Below, piece by piece: positions 8,197 to 16,968 of a stretch of 64,000 bases of DNA. Source of the stretch: a virus. The first letter of the stretch is position 1. Each line of letters starts with the position of its first letter. The DNA lies in the IMG/VR virus record IMGVR_UViG_3300044716_001642, positions 70,418 through 134,417 of that record. One strand, 5' to 3'. The notes under the pieces were generated by a model, which was not told the DNA's origin, ran no database searches, and saw nothing but the letters and a program-made list of their open reading frames with translations. The position numbers and the translations under genes were made by a program.

Positions 8197-9209
8197 TAAT
8201 CTTTGTAATTTCTATTAATTAATTTAAATCCAAGTGGGCGGCGAGAAGAGTATCCCTTTGGGTAGGATGAGGGTCTTACTACGATTCCTTCTCCTTCTAG
8301 TCCGCTCTGGTATTTTTGTTTATCCGCTAGTTCTTGAAGTTTTTGCAGTGGGTCAACCCAAAGTTTTATGGTGGCATCAAGTCCCAACTTGCATATTAGG
8401 GGGACAACATCGCAATGCAAAGAATTTTCGCAAAAATCTTTCATCTCTTCGTATGTCATGTATTTTTTATTTTCGCTAATTTGAAATACAAAAATTTTAA
8501 CATCTTCTAGTTTAAGCTGATTTTTCTGAATTCCATTGCCCACTAATTCGCCCTGTATAACGCCCGTCCAATTTGCTGGAATACTAAGTTTCCTTGCGGC
8601 TTTCCAGAATGTATTATTTTCTGTTTCTTTTTTAGAAAGATTTCTGGTGCAAACTTGAGAAAGCGCGCCGTCTTCTACAATTAGCGTTATAGAGCTTCCG
8701 TCTAATTTTTGCGTGACCGTGATATGAGAATCGTGATTAAGAACCTTTTCGACTAGATTTGGATCATTCAATCCATTATCCTCATCTGTTTTAGAAATAA
8801 TACTTGTTGGAAAATCTCCAAGCGTTTCACCAGAAAGGTTCGCGGGAATTTCTTTGATGTATTTTGTAACCCCAAGTAATTCGGTTAAATTTTCACCAAC
8901 TACAACTGTTTCTGTAAACTGTTCTGGAAATTCGCTAAGAGGTATTACCAAGCCAGAACTATATTCCCCGCGAAGTTTTATATTCTTGATGCGAATTGGT
9001 TTGTCTGGATTTTTTTGATCAACCAGGAACTCGGACCAATTATAACGAGGGACAATAGTATCGATAGTAATAAAGGCTACCTTATCGCCCTCTTTGTGAA
9101 TCCCTTTTTTAACAATTGTTTGCCAGCCTAAAATTTCAGCAATTTCTAAAGACTCGGCGTTACTATGCTCTCTAATGTTTTTTATGATTTCAATTGAAGC
9201 TAATTTCAT
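8196..9209 (-). CDS. RNA ligase, DRB0094/Rnl5-like family
   Basis: N-terminal OB-like LASIEII...H.NAESLEIAEILGWQTIVKKG; motifs TQKLDGSS, IQGELVG, EGIVVR, GFKLIN. Confidence 0.88.
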   Translation of the reverse strand: MKLASIEIIKNIREHSNAESLEIAEILGWQTIVKKGIHKEGDKVAFITIDTIVPRYNWSEFLVDQKNPDKPIRIKNIKLRGEYSSGLVIPLSEFPEQFTETVVVGENLTELLGVTKYIKEIPANLSGETLGDFPTSIISKTDEDNGLNDPNLVEKVLNHDSHITVTQKLDGSSITLIVEDGALSQVCTRNLSKKETENNTFWKAARKLSIPANWTGVIQGELVGNGIQKNQLKLEDVKIFVFQISENKKYMTYEEMKDFCENSLHCDVVPLICKLGLDATIKLWVDPLQKLQELADKQKYQSGLEGEGIVVRPSSYPKGYSSRRPLGFKLINRNYKD

Positions 9210-9221
9210 AATACTTTCCGA

Positions 9222-9250
9222 AGTATCTGATAAATTTAATGCAATGTCAA
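9222..9250 (-). promoter_or_regulatory. Sigma70-like promoter TTGACA-N17-GATACT
   Basis: Perfect -35, 17-nt spacer, upstream of the ATG at 9209. Confidence 0.55.
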
Positions 9251-9284
9251 TTGTTTTCTTTTATTTAGTCTAGATTGTATTTAG

Positions 9285-9920
9285 TTAGATAAACTTTCCT
9301 TCTCTTATCCAGAAAATGCCAATATATTTAATTCCCTTTGTCACTGGAAGTCCTGCATGTAGACTATTGTACTCAACTTTATTATTTTCATCAACATTTT
9401 TCCAAATAATTAATTTATTCTTTTTTGGAATTGCTCTATAAGGAATTTTTGGAAAATCAGTTTCCCCACCTTCAAAATCTTCATTTAAATAAATTAGCGC
9501 CGAATGGGTTCTTTGACCCCCTCGCTTCATTACGTTTTCAAAATAATCCATATTAGCATGAAAGTAGTCATGATGGACTTTATATTGACCACCAATTTCA
9601 TATTTTACAACATGCAATTGTTCAAAATTTTCTACCGGCACGTTTATAATTTTAGAAATCTTTTCTTTCAGTGCTGCGACAAGTTGATTTTTATTATCAT
9701 ACAGCCATGTGCCCTGCGCAACTCGGTATTCATTATCGGAATTTTCGCCAAGTGTTGTAGTTTTAACAAAATCTTTACTTGCTTCCTCTATAAGCTGACT
9801 CGCTTCGTCGTCCGAAATAAAACTTTCTATATTGTGGATAATAATTTTATCTAAAAGAGCCTGATTAATATCGAGGTTTTCTTTTCCGACTTCGGTGTCT
9901 TCTACAGTATTAGTTTTCAT
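9285..9920 (-). CDS. Prolyl 4-hydroxylase-like 2OG-Fe(II) oxygenase
   Basis: QYKVHHDYF (HxD), GGQRTHSALIYLN..FEGGETDFP, SLHAGLPVTKGIKY (distal His and Lys). Confidence 0.88.
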   Translation of the reverse strand: MKTNTVEDTEVGKENLDINQALLDKIIIHNIESFISDDEASQLIEEASKDFVKTTTLGENSDNEYRVAQGTWLYDNKNQLVAALKEKISKIINVPVENFEQLHVVKYEIGGQYKVHHDYFHANMDYFENVMKRGGQRTHSALIYLNEDFEGGETDFPKIPYRAIPKKNKLIIWKNVDENNKVEYNSLHAGLPVTKGIKYIGIFWIREGKFI

Positions 9921-9966
9921 AATTGTAAATTTTATTATATTGAAATATGATCAGTCAAAAAGAATA

Positions 9967-10560
9967 TTAGCTTCTAACTGTGCTTTTTTCTGAAGTGAAT
10001 CCATTAATCCAAACGGCTTGCCATGGATAGGGCGCGTTTCCAGTTCCAGTTGACAGAGTTCCATATCCTTCACTGTTATTATATTCCCAATTTGATCCGT
10101 TCCACAGTACGGTTTCAGCTCCATATATGTAAGCTGGTCTTCCATTGATCAAAGATGTTGGATTTAACACTCTAAAAGAACTACCGCCAGGACCAACTCC
10201 GTTGATATACCAACCGTCCATTTTTACGCCAGCTTCATTATCCGCAAGACTATTAAGTGGATCTGCGGGATCGTGGTCTGGTAAATTTGTAATCAGTTCC
10301 CAGCAATGAGTGGCGTATGGCAGGGATCCAACTGCGCATGTTATATTTTTATATACATAAAGAGCGCGAGAATTCATATTAGTTTCGAAATTTCTTCCGA
10401 GTGATACAACCGCATCATTGAGACTGTATTGAATTCCAGTAAATTCGCCCCTAAAATTGTAATTTACAACTGGTTCTGGCGCGCTATAGTTTAAAACCTT
10501 GAGTTTACCATCAACTTTAAGTTTTCCGTCCACTTTTAAAATAAAATTTTCTGTTGGCAT
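9967..10560 (-). CDS. Hypothetical protein, possibly virion-associated (197 aa)
   Basis: KVDGKLKVDGKLKV N-terminal repeat, aromatic/Gly/Asn-rich C-terminus; TAGTGTA motif 10 nt upstream. Confidence 0.7.
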   Translation of the reverse strand: MPTENFILKVDGKLKVDGKLKVLNYSAPEPVVNYNFRGEFTGIQYSLNDAVVSLGRNFETNMNSRALYVYKNITCAVGSLPYATHCWELITNLPDHDPADPLNSLADNEAGVKMDGWYINGVGPGGSSFRVLNPTSLINGRPAYIYGAETVLWNGSNWEYNNSEGYGTLSTGTGNAPYPWQAVWINGFTSEKSTVRS

Positions 10561-10597
10561 GATTTATTATACACTAGTTGTTTGTTTTTGTTTTAAT

Positions 10598-11098
10598 TTA
10601 ACTGTTTCTAGGTTTGCACCACGAATCAAAATATCCCTGCCCCCACCAAACTAATATTTCATCGTCTACTTCAATATCCTTTTCAGCTGTAAAAACGACT
10701 AAATTTAAGTTTGGGTATAGTTTGTACGATGCGTTTTTTAAAGAATCCGACTCAGCCGAATTATATATTGAACCATTTCCAAATAAAATCATCCCCGAGT
10801 TGCCATGCGTTTGACAGTCTTTACATTCGCACCCTGCCCAGTAGGCATATTTTAAAATAGATGGATCATTGACATATTTTCTTTTCCAACTCATCGTAAG
10901 GCTGTGGCAATATTCTATTACTTCATTTTTTTTTATTTTTTTGTTTGCAAAAACTCCAAGCCCCTTTCCTGGGGACTCCCTTGCAATTAAGTGTTCGTTA
11001 TTAAAACCTTCGCCCCTTATCTTAGCCCATTTTTTTTGGACTTCTTTTATATCAAGATCCTCACTAATTTTTTTATTAGTCTCTTTATTGTCATTCAT
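10598..11098 (-). CDS. SET-domain protein (atypical active-site motifs)
   Basis: ESPGKGLGVFANKKIKKNEVIE, GSIYNSAES, FTAEKDIEVDDEILVWWG. Confidence 0.8.
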   Translation of the reverse strand: MNDNKETNKKISEDLDIKEVQKKWAKIRGEGFNNEHLIARESPGKGLGVFANKKIKKNEVIEYCHSLTMSWKRKYVNDPSILKYAYWAGCECKDCQTHGNSGMILFGNGSIYNSAESDSLKNASYKLYPNLNLVVFTAEKDIEVDDEILVWWGQGYFDSWCKPRNS

Positions 11099-11110
11099 AT
11101 TTTTATGAAA

Positions 11111-11500
11111 TTATTCCCAACAAAAAACTACATTATCAAAATTTTCAAGTTTTTTAACTAAATTATGATTTATTATTTTTTCCCATATTCTGTATTTGTT
11201 GGCTAGCCCAGCGCCCAATTGAGATATATAAAAAATATTATTTGGTGAATTTCTAATTTTTATTTCTAATTTTTCTAACTCTTCAAAAAATACAAGGGAG
11301 TATTCTTCTGGTTTATAAAACGATTCGTCGCGGTTATCTGGAAATTTTTTCGTAATAAAGCCAATGGCTCTTTTATGAAATCTTAATTTTGCCGCCCCGC
11401 CTGTTCCGCGTCTTTCCAGGTTATCTCCGAATACAAAATACGCGTTAGAATTATCATCTAAAAAGGATTCCGTTACCGTTAATGAATTGTAAATAGCCAT
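11111..11500 (-). CDS. Conserved phage protein, FVFGxN...GGAA family (macro-domain-like)
   Basis: YFVFGDNLERRGTGGAAKL and ISQLGAGLA motifs; the fold is inferred. Confidence 0.55.
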   Translation of the reverse strand: MAIYNSLTVTESFLDDNSNAYFVFGDNLERRGTGGAAKLRFHKRAIGFITKKFPDNRDESFYKPEEYSLVFFEELEKLEIKIRNSPNNIFYISQLGAGLANKYRIWEKIINHNLVKKLENFDNVVFCWE

Positions 11501-11517
11501 TTTAAGAATATGATTAA

Positions 11518-11748
11518 TTATTCTTCGTCACTTTCATTAAAATTTTTTCCGCTTTTTTCTTGCCTCATTTTTTTTCTTTGCTTCTTTTGATCCTCGGAAA
11601 GAATGCCGAGCACTTCTTCACGCCAAGTTCTATTCGCTTCCTTGTTTGAGATTGGCGGCTCGCCTTTTTTTGATTTTTTCTTTAATGCTTGTCTGATCTC
11701 CGCCATCATTGGAGATGATTTTAAGGATGGCCATGTTGCAATATACAT
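11518..11748 (-). CDS. Hypothetical basic protein (76 aa)
   Basis: ORF in the minus-strand run. Confidence 0.6.
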   Translation of the reverse strand: MYIATWPSLKSSPMMAEIRQALKKKSKKGEPPISNKEANRTWREEVLGILSEDQKKQRKKMRQEKSGKNFNESDEE

Positions 11749-11776
11749 ATTTTATTTTATTTTATTTTTTTCGTAT

Positions 11777-12373
11777 TTAAAAACTATTTATGTGCTTTAT
11801 GAATTCTGAAACTTTTTTAAAAGTATTGCAAGTTACCATTTCTTGCTTTTGCCATGTTGTTGCGCTTAGTTGAATTTGTCCGTCGTGGTTTTCAACATTA
11901 TCAATCAAAAGGTCTGCTTCTTCTTTTTTGCTCGCCAATTTGAAATTAATAAACTGTTTTCTTGTATATTCAAAATCTAAGTCATTAAATTCTTTTTTAT
12001 TTTTTAAGTTTTCGTAAGTTTCCGCTGCGTCTCCTGGCAAGAACGCAATTGCTACTTTTTTGAACTCAAAATTTACGCTTGCTTCTAGTAGATTTATTAG
12101 ATTTAACCTACTTGCTTCATTGAGAAATAGTCCATTTAGTAGTATATTTTTACGCTTCTTGTTTTTTGTGAAAATTTTTACGCATCTATTCAGTGTTTCT
12201 TCCATCACCATTTGCTCAACTATTTTATTTTCAACAAGCGCGCTTTTAGAAAGCTTTAATCTAATTGAAGAGGATGAAACCAATTCATAATCGTCATTTT
12301 CTTCAATAAATTTTTCACAAAAAATATCTTTTTCTGCGCAGGTCGGACCATAGCAATATGCCAGTATTTTCAT
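11777..12373 (-). CDS. P-loop kinase-like (AAA_33/Pnk-like) protein with degenerate Walker A
   Basis: YGPTCAEKDIF at the Walker A position, VSSSSIRLKL, ILLNGLFLNEASR. Confidence 0.45.
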   Translation of the reverse strand: MKILAYCYGPTCAEKDIFCEKFIEENDDYELVSSSSIRLKLSKSALVENKIVEQMVMEETLNRCVKIFTKNKKRKNILLNGLFLNEASRLNLINLLEASVNFEFKKVAIAFLPGDAAETYENLKNKKEFNDLDFEYTRKQFINFKLASKKEEADLLIDNVENHDGQIQLSATTWQKQEMVTCNTFKKVSEFIKHINSF

Positions 12374-12378
12374 CTATG

Positions 12379-13188
12379 TTAACTAATTTTCTTTTTAATT
12401 CTTTGAATGAGTGAAAAGATAGTTTTATTTGGAATTTCCGAAATGGAGGTCCAGTTAGAAGCGTCTTCAATTCCTTCTTTTACTAAAGTGTCTTTGATAG
12501 TATCAAACGATATATTAGCCTTTGACATTAAATCTTTCAATACATTAGATGGATGGCTCGCTGAGACTTGAGTTTCAGTTCCCGATTCGGTATGAATTAC
12601 AGTTTGATTCTTAGAATCCCCAAGTTCATCGCTACCCAAAATATTAATTCTCAAAAAATTTCTAACAGATCTGACGAATGCTCTATTTTCAGCAATAGCC
12701 ATTAAGAAATCTTTGGCAAAACTTTTAGTATTATCAAGATGCGCGTCGGCAAGTGATTCAAATTCTACCTCCTGACCACTTGTTTCAAAATTGGGCATCC
12801 AGGTGATTTTGCATGATACCGCAACGTGATTTTGAGTACAATTGAATACATTGTATTGGACTTTTGAATAACCCCTGATATTTGCCAAGTCTTTTATGCC
12901 GCCCAACAAAATTAAAAGTTGCGAATCCTCTAAATCCTGCACGTTTAAATTTTTATTTTCAGTTCCGGACGGAAATTTTGACAAGTTGGGAACAAGGTAT
13001 TTTGTGTCAATCATCCTCCTCCAATTAACAAGACCATCTTCCGTAAATTCGTAAGATTTCCCATCTAGCAAGCCAAGCTCATCTCTTTTAAAAATGGGTT
13101 TATATTTTACGCTGTCGTTAATAACTTGCGATTCATCTAATGTCTTGATCATTTCTGAGTCTTCTTCGTTTTTTTTAATTTTTGGCAT
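12379..13188 (-). CDS. Putative Rad52/Sak-like single-strand annealing protein
   Basis: VAVSCKITW...FESLADAH..NT..FAKDFLMAIAENRAFVRSVRNFLRI resembles the Rad52-family core; short helical C-terminal domain. Confidence 0.55.
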   Translation of the reverse strand: MPKIKKNEEDSEMIKTLDESQVINDSVKYKPIFKRDELGLLDGKSYEFTEDGLVNWRRMIDTKYLVPNLSKFPSGTENKNLNVQDLEDSQLLILLGGIKDLANIRGYSKVQYNVFNCTQNHVAVSCKITWMPNFETSGQEVEFESLADAHLDNTKSFAKDFLMAIAENRAFVRSVRNFLRINILGSDELGDSKNQTVIHTESGTETQVSASHPSNVLKDLMSKANISFDTIKDTLVKEGIEDASNWTSISEIPNKTIFSLIQRIKKKIS

Positions 13189-13192
13189 ATAT

Positions 13193-14437
13193 TTAAGGAT
13201 TATATATGTAGCAATTTTCTAACTCTTTGCCCAGGCTTTCTTTATCATTTATTTCGGAAATTTTTTGCTCGATTGATGAGCATGGTTTATTTTCCAGAAG
13301 GGCAATTTTTGTTAAAAATTTACTACCATTTGAAATAATAATACGAGAACTTTTCATTATTGTCAAGTCATTAATTCTGCCAAATGAATCTTCCGATAAA
13401 TTTTTTGACCATGATGTTTGGTCAAGCATATTTATATTTTTAATATCTAAAAACTTAAATTTTAAATCATTTATTTCTTGCTCTGAAAAATCATTCTTTA
13501 TCAATGCGACTGCTATATTGAATCCATCTTTGATGCCTTTTTCAATAAATTTGATAGCTTCGTCTATTTTTGATAGATGTTTTTTTTCAATATGGAATAT
13601 AAGTGACGATATATTTTGCTTTAAATTCTTCAATTGGTCAAGATCAAATGGCATTGACGTTATAACGCAGCACTTTCTAATTGAAAGATTCATTATTGCG
13701 GAATTTATATTTTCTTGCCTTACCTCGTTAGATTTTAAATAATCAAATCTTATATTAAGGGATGTTTCTTTTAAGTCTGTAATTGCAAGCAACTGATCTG
13801 GAACAAATTCTATTGCTATTTTTGAATAATTTTTTCCAAAAAATAATGATTCAATTTTCAACTCGCTCGAAAGTTTTAGATCGGGCAGGGCGGAATTTAT
13901 TTCTTTAATAATTTGCTCTGGCTTTATCCTGTTTATTACCATTTCAGGATCTTCATTTGAATATTTTGGTTTTTTCCCGTTTAGCGGTGCCATAATTGTA
14001 AATTGTTTTTCATTATTCCAATATGGACCGGCAACTTCAGGCTGGATAACTGAATACAAGCTCACGCACGGGATTCCAAAACTTGAGCAAAAATGCGTTG
14101 AAAAACTATCATTTGTAATAAGCAAACTTGCGTTTTTTAATATAAATGCTGTTTGGTGAATATTTGTTATTCCCTGAAGGTTTGAACAGTTTCCCAATTT
14201 TGGATCGTTTTGGCTCCCGATTTGAATAATTCCATATCCCGCCGCATTTACTTTTTCGAATACAAAGTCAATTACATCTTGATAATATGAATAATTTTTA
14301 GAATTCGTGCCGCTGCTTGCGTGAATTACAATATATTTATCAAATGGCGTTGGATAATATGATGTATAAACATAGGGTTTGCCTAATTTTTTGGGACTTA
14401 TTCCGCAATTTAAGCTGTATTTTTCTATTAAGTGCAT
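13193..14437 (-). CDS. Glycosyltransferase family 9-like (C-terminal Rossmann half plus extension)
   Basis: YIVIHASSG..KNYSYY, ASLLITNDSFSTHFCSSFGIPCVSLYS. Confidence 0.75.
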   Translation of the reverse strand: MHLIEKYSLNCGISPKKLGKPYVYTSYYPTPFDKYIVIHASSGTNSKNYSYYQDVIDFVFEKVNAAGYGIIQIGSQNDPKLGNCSNLQGITNIHQTAFILKNASLLITNDSFSTHFCSSFGIPCVSLYSVIQPEVAGPYWNNEKQFTIMAPLNGKKPKYSNEDPEMVINRIKPEQIIKEINSALPDLKLSSELKIESLFFGKNYSKIAIEFVPDQLLAITDLKETSLNIRFDYLKSNEVRQENINSAIMNLSIRKCCVITSMPFDLDQLKNLKQNISSLIFHIEKKHLSKIDEAIKFIEKGIKDGFNIAVALIKNDFSEQEINDLKFKFLDIKNINMLDQTSWSKNLSEDSFGRINDLTIMKSSRIIISNGSKFLTKIALLENKPCSSIEQKISEINDKESLGKELENCYIYNP

Positions 14438-14441
14438 TTTA

Positions 14442-16454
14442 TTAAAGTAGTAATTTATTTATTCCATTATGGATATAGTTCATTGATCTTTGAGTTGAAA
14501 GATGCGGTGTAAAACATATGTCAAACCATCCCTGATGTTCTCCGATTCCTTCCATTTTCATATGATCTTCCATTTCTTGAGAGTATGGAATCCAAGCAGT
14601 TATATTTTTATTTCCGTCGAATATTGATTTAAATTCTTGACTGGTTGATACGTAAATATCCCAATTTTCTTCTTCGTATACTTCTCTCAAACTTTCCAAC
14701 ACTGCGGTCGATAAAAAGCAATCTTCCATAAAGCCAGGCATAACGTAAAGTATTTTCTTCTTATCGTTTTTTAGGATTAAATCGTTTATTGACGATCGGT
14801 TATTTTTTTGATTTAATTCGTTCAAATCCTTATGAGCAACGTGTCTAAAATAATTTTCAACTTGTTGTCGAGGAGTATTTTTTGCCAATTCGCTCATCCA
14901 GTAAAGTAAGCCTTCATCGTCGTCTTGCACGACGCGATCTAGGATTATCTCGTAAAGTGATTTTACCCATTCTTTATCTTGCAGTTGTCCATTGATTTTG
15001 CCATTTGGATTTGGATTCGACGCAACCGATTGAATAAAATTGCTTTCATCTTCTTCGTTTACATATGGAGAAGAGTCAATGAAATTTTCTATTTTTGCAC
15101 CAATATTTTCAATAGAAAAATTTTGTAAAGCCCATTCTCTAGCACCCTTGCCCCATTTGTCTTTTTCTTTTTTAGACATTTTAAAAAAAACATCTAATTG
15201 CTCGGCTATAGAAACTGGAGAAGTGGATGCTTTTATAAACTCAGTACCGTGTTCAAGATATTTATTCCATTTTAATGGCAAAGAATACGCACCATCTTCA
15301 CAACATTCTTGCCCGCAACTATAATCTGTGACAAGTGTTACCAATTCTGTTAATTTAGCCTCTTGAATTGGTATTTCTTGTCCGCCGCTTGTAAAAGCAT
15401 GGACATAAACATCCATTAAATTATAAACTTCATTGAGTTGCGATTCTGTAACTCCCAGCCCAACTGAGGTACTATTTTGAGAATTTTGCGTTTTGCAAAA
15501 TGGGCATGTTTTGCCCTCTAGTGAGATAGGTTTCTCAATTTTTTGAAAATTTTTATCTAATTTAAAAATCCCTTTGTCATCAACTTCGAATTTTTGATCT
15601 CGGTCATCAAATGATTTCACCTCGTATTCTTTACATTTAGAGCAAATATATGTAATCAATATTTCTTTTGGGTCTATTCCATGCTGGTGAGCTTGTGACC
15701 TAATGTCCCATCCCTCTGAAAGACTGGTATGGAGCAGGAGATATGTGTTTTTAATTTGAGGATTATTATTTTTCCAAATTTTGTAGCCCTCCATTAAGTT
15801 TGGGACAAGCTTTCTTAATTGGTTTCTAAATACAAATCCAATAATAGTGGAATCTTCTGGAATATTGTTTTTAATTCTAATTTGTTTTCTTTCGCTATCG
15901 CTTAACTTATAGAAATGCTTAGATTCAATGGGTCCATGTACCGTTTTTACATGATTATGTCCAATTCTTGCAAACTCTTTTTCAGCAAAATTGCTCCAAA
16001 CCCAATAGTTTTTAATTTCAGAAGCTTTCTTCACTGCGGAAGGAAGCAGTGGTAGTGAATCCAGAGTAGTCCAAATGCAGCTTGTGATTTTATTGAACCA
16101 GTTCTTATCTATTGAGAAATCGACTCCCCAAAAATCTTGAGCGCCAATGTAAACGTCAGGTTTAATTTCTTTTATATAATCGTCTAGGGTTTGTGCGCCG
16201 TAGCCAATTGATCTTGCTATAGATGGATCTCTCGACGCTTCATTTATTTTTTTTTGATCCGAGGTAATCGCCCCATAACTTTTCCATGGGGTTTGTTCTA
16301 GCTCAGTTGAGCCCTGCTGCATGCCGCAACAAATATGGTGTATTTCATATTTATTCGTTTTGTAAAGATGAGACAATGTGGTTTTCATCACTCTTCCAAA
16401 TCCCGTTTTGGCTAGTGAAAAATCTGAGTGGAAAACAATTCTTTTTTTTCTCAT
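14442..16454 (-). CDS. Multidomain GT-B (GT4-like) glycosyltransferase with a CxxC...CxxC insert, a DUF4214-like segment and a GT9-N-like C-terminus
   Basis: HSDFSLAKTGFGRV, FRNQLRKLVPNL, YNLMDVYVHAFTSGGQEIPIQEAKL; CSKC/CPFC; LYEIILDR...GLLYW; DCFLSTAVLESLREVY. Confidence 0.8.
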   Translation of the reverse strand: MRKKRIVFHSDFSLAKTGFGRVMKTTLSHLYKTNKYEIHHICCGMQQGSTELEQTPWKSYGAITSDQKKINEASRDPSIARSIGYGAQTLDDYIKEIKPDVYIGAQDFWGVDFSIDKNWFNKITSCIWTTLDSLPLLPSAVKKASEIKNYWVWSNFAEKEFARIGHNHVKTVHGPIESKHFYKLSDSERKQIRIKNNIPEDSTIIGFVFRNQLRKLVPNLMEGYKIWKNNNPQIKNTYLLLHTSLSEGWDIRSQAHQHGIDPKEILITYICSKCKEYEVKSFDDRDQKFEVDDKGIFKLDKNFQKIEKPISLEGKTCPFCKTQNSQNSTSVGLGVTESQLNEVYNLMDVYVHAFTSGGQEIPIQEAKLTELVTLVTDYSCGQECCEDGAYSLPLKWNKYLEHGTEFIKASTSPVSIAEQLDVFFKMSKKEKDKWGKGAREWALQNFSIENIGAKIENFIDSSPYVNEEDESNFIQSVASNPNPNGKINGQLQDKEWVKSLYEIILDRVVQDDDEGLLYWMSELAKNTPRQQVENYFRHVAHKDLNELNQKNNRSSINDLILKNDKKKILYVMPGFMEDCFLSTAVLESLREVYEEENWDIYVSTSQEFKSIFDGNKNITAWIPYSQEMEDHMKMEGIGEHQGWFDICFTPHLSTQRSMNYIHNGINKLLL

Positions 16455-16462
16455 TTTTTATA

Positions 16463-16939
16463 TTAATCTAAACTCGAAGACGCGGCAACTTTAAATGATT
16501 CTTCTAAACTGAGTTTCAGCCACTCTCTTAATTTGATCGACTCGTCATTTGTAAAACCAACAGAAAAAATATTCTCTTTGTCTTTTGACTCTGATACTCT
16601 TAAACCAAATCCAGCCATTACGTTGTCTTTAATATATGGGGCAAATGAAATAGATACTCCAGAATCATTATTAAACTTGTGAAAGGTGGACCATTTTTCT
16701 TCTTTTTCTATTGCTCTAATAATTCCCGACACTTCGATATCGTTAAATTTTATATTCTTTTTTGCTTTTGGATTGTCTTTGTTACCCTTGAATGATCCGA
16801 TCCTTTTGGCGGCATCCCAACTAAATTGTTTTATAAATGACACGTAAATCCCACTGTCGGCAGGATTAAAAGATACTGAAACTGCGACACCTTTGTTGGA
16901 GGCATTGGGCTTGTAGAATTGAATATTATTAAGATTCAT
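16463..16939 (-). CDS. Hypothetical protein, possibly a Whirly/PC4-like nucleic-acid-binding protein
   Basis: Two repeated beta-beta-beta-helix-like halves; location next to the polymerase. The fold call is weak. Confidence 0.6.
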   Translation of the reverse strand: MNLNNIQFYKPNASNKGVAVSVSFNPADSGIYVSFIKQFSWDAAKRIGSFKGNKDNPKAKKNIKFNDIEVSGIIRAIEKEEKWSTFHKFNNDSGVSISFAPYIKDNVMAGFGLRVSESKDKENIFSVGFTNDESIKLREWLKLSLEESFKVAASSSLD

Positions 16940-16968
16940 AGTTTGTTTTTAAATCTTAATATTATAAT

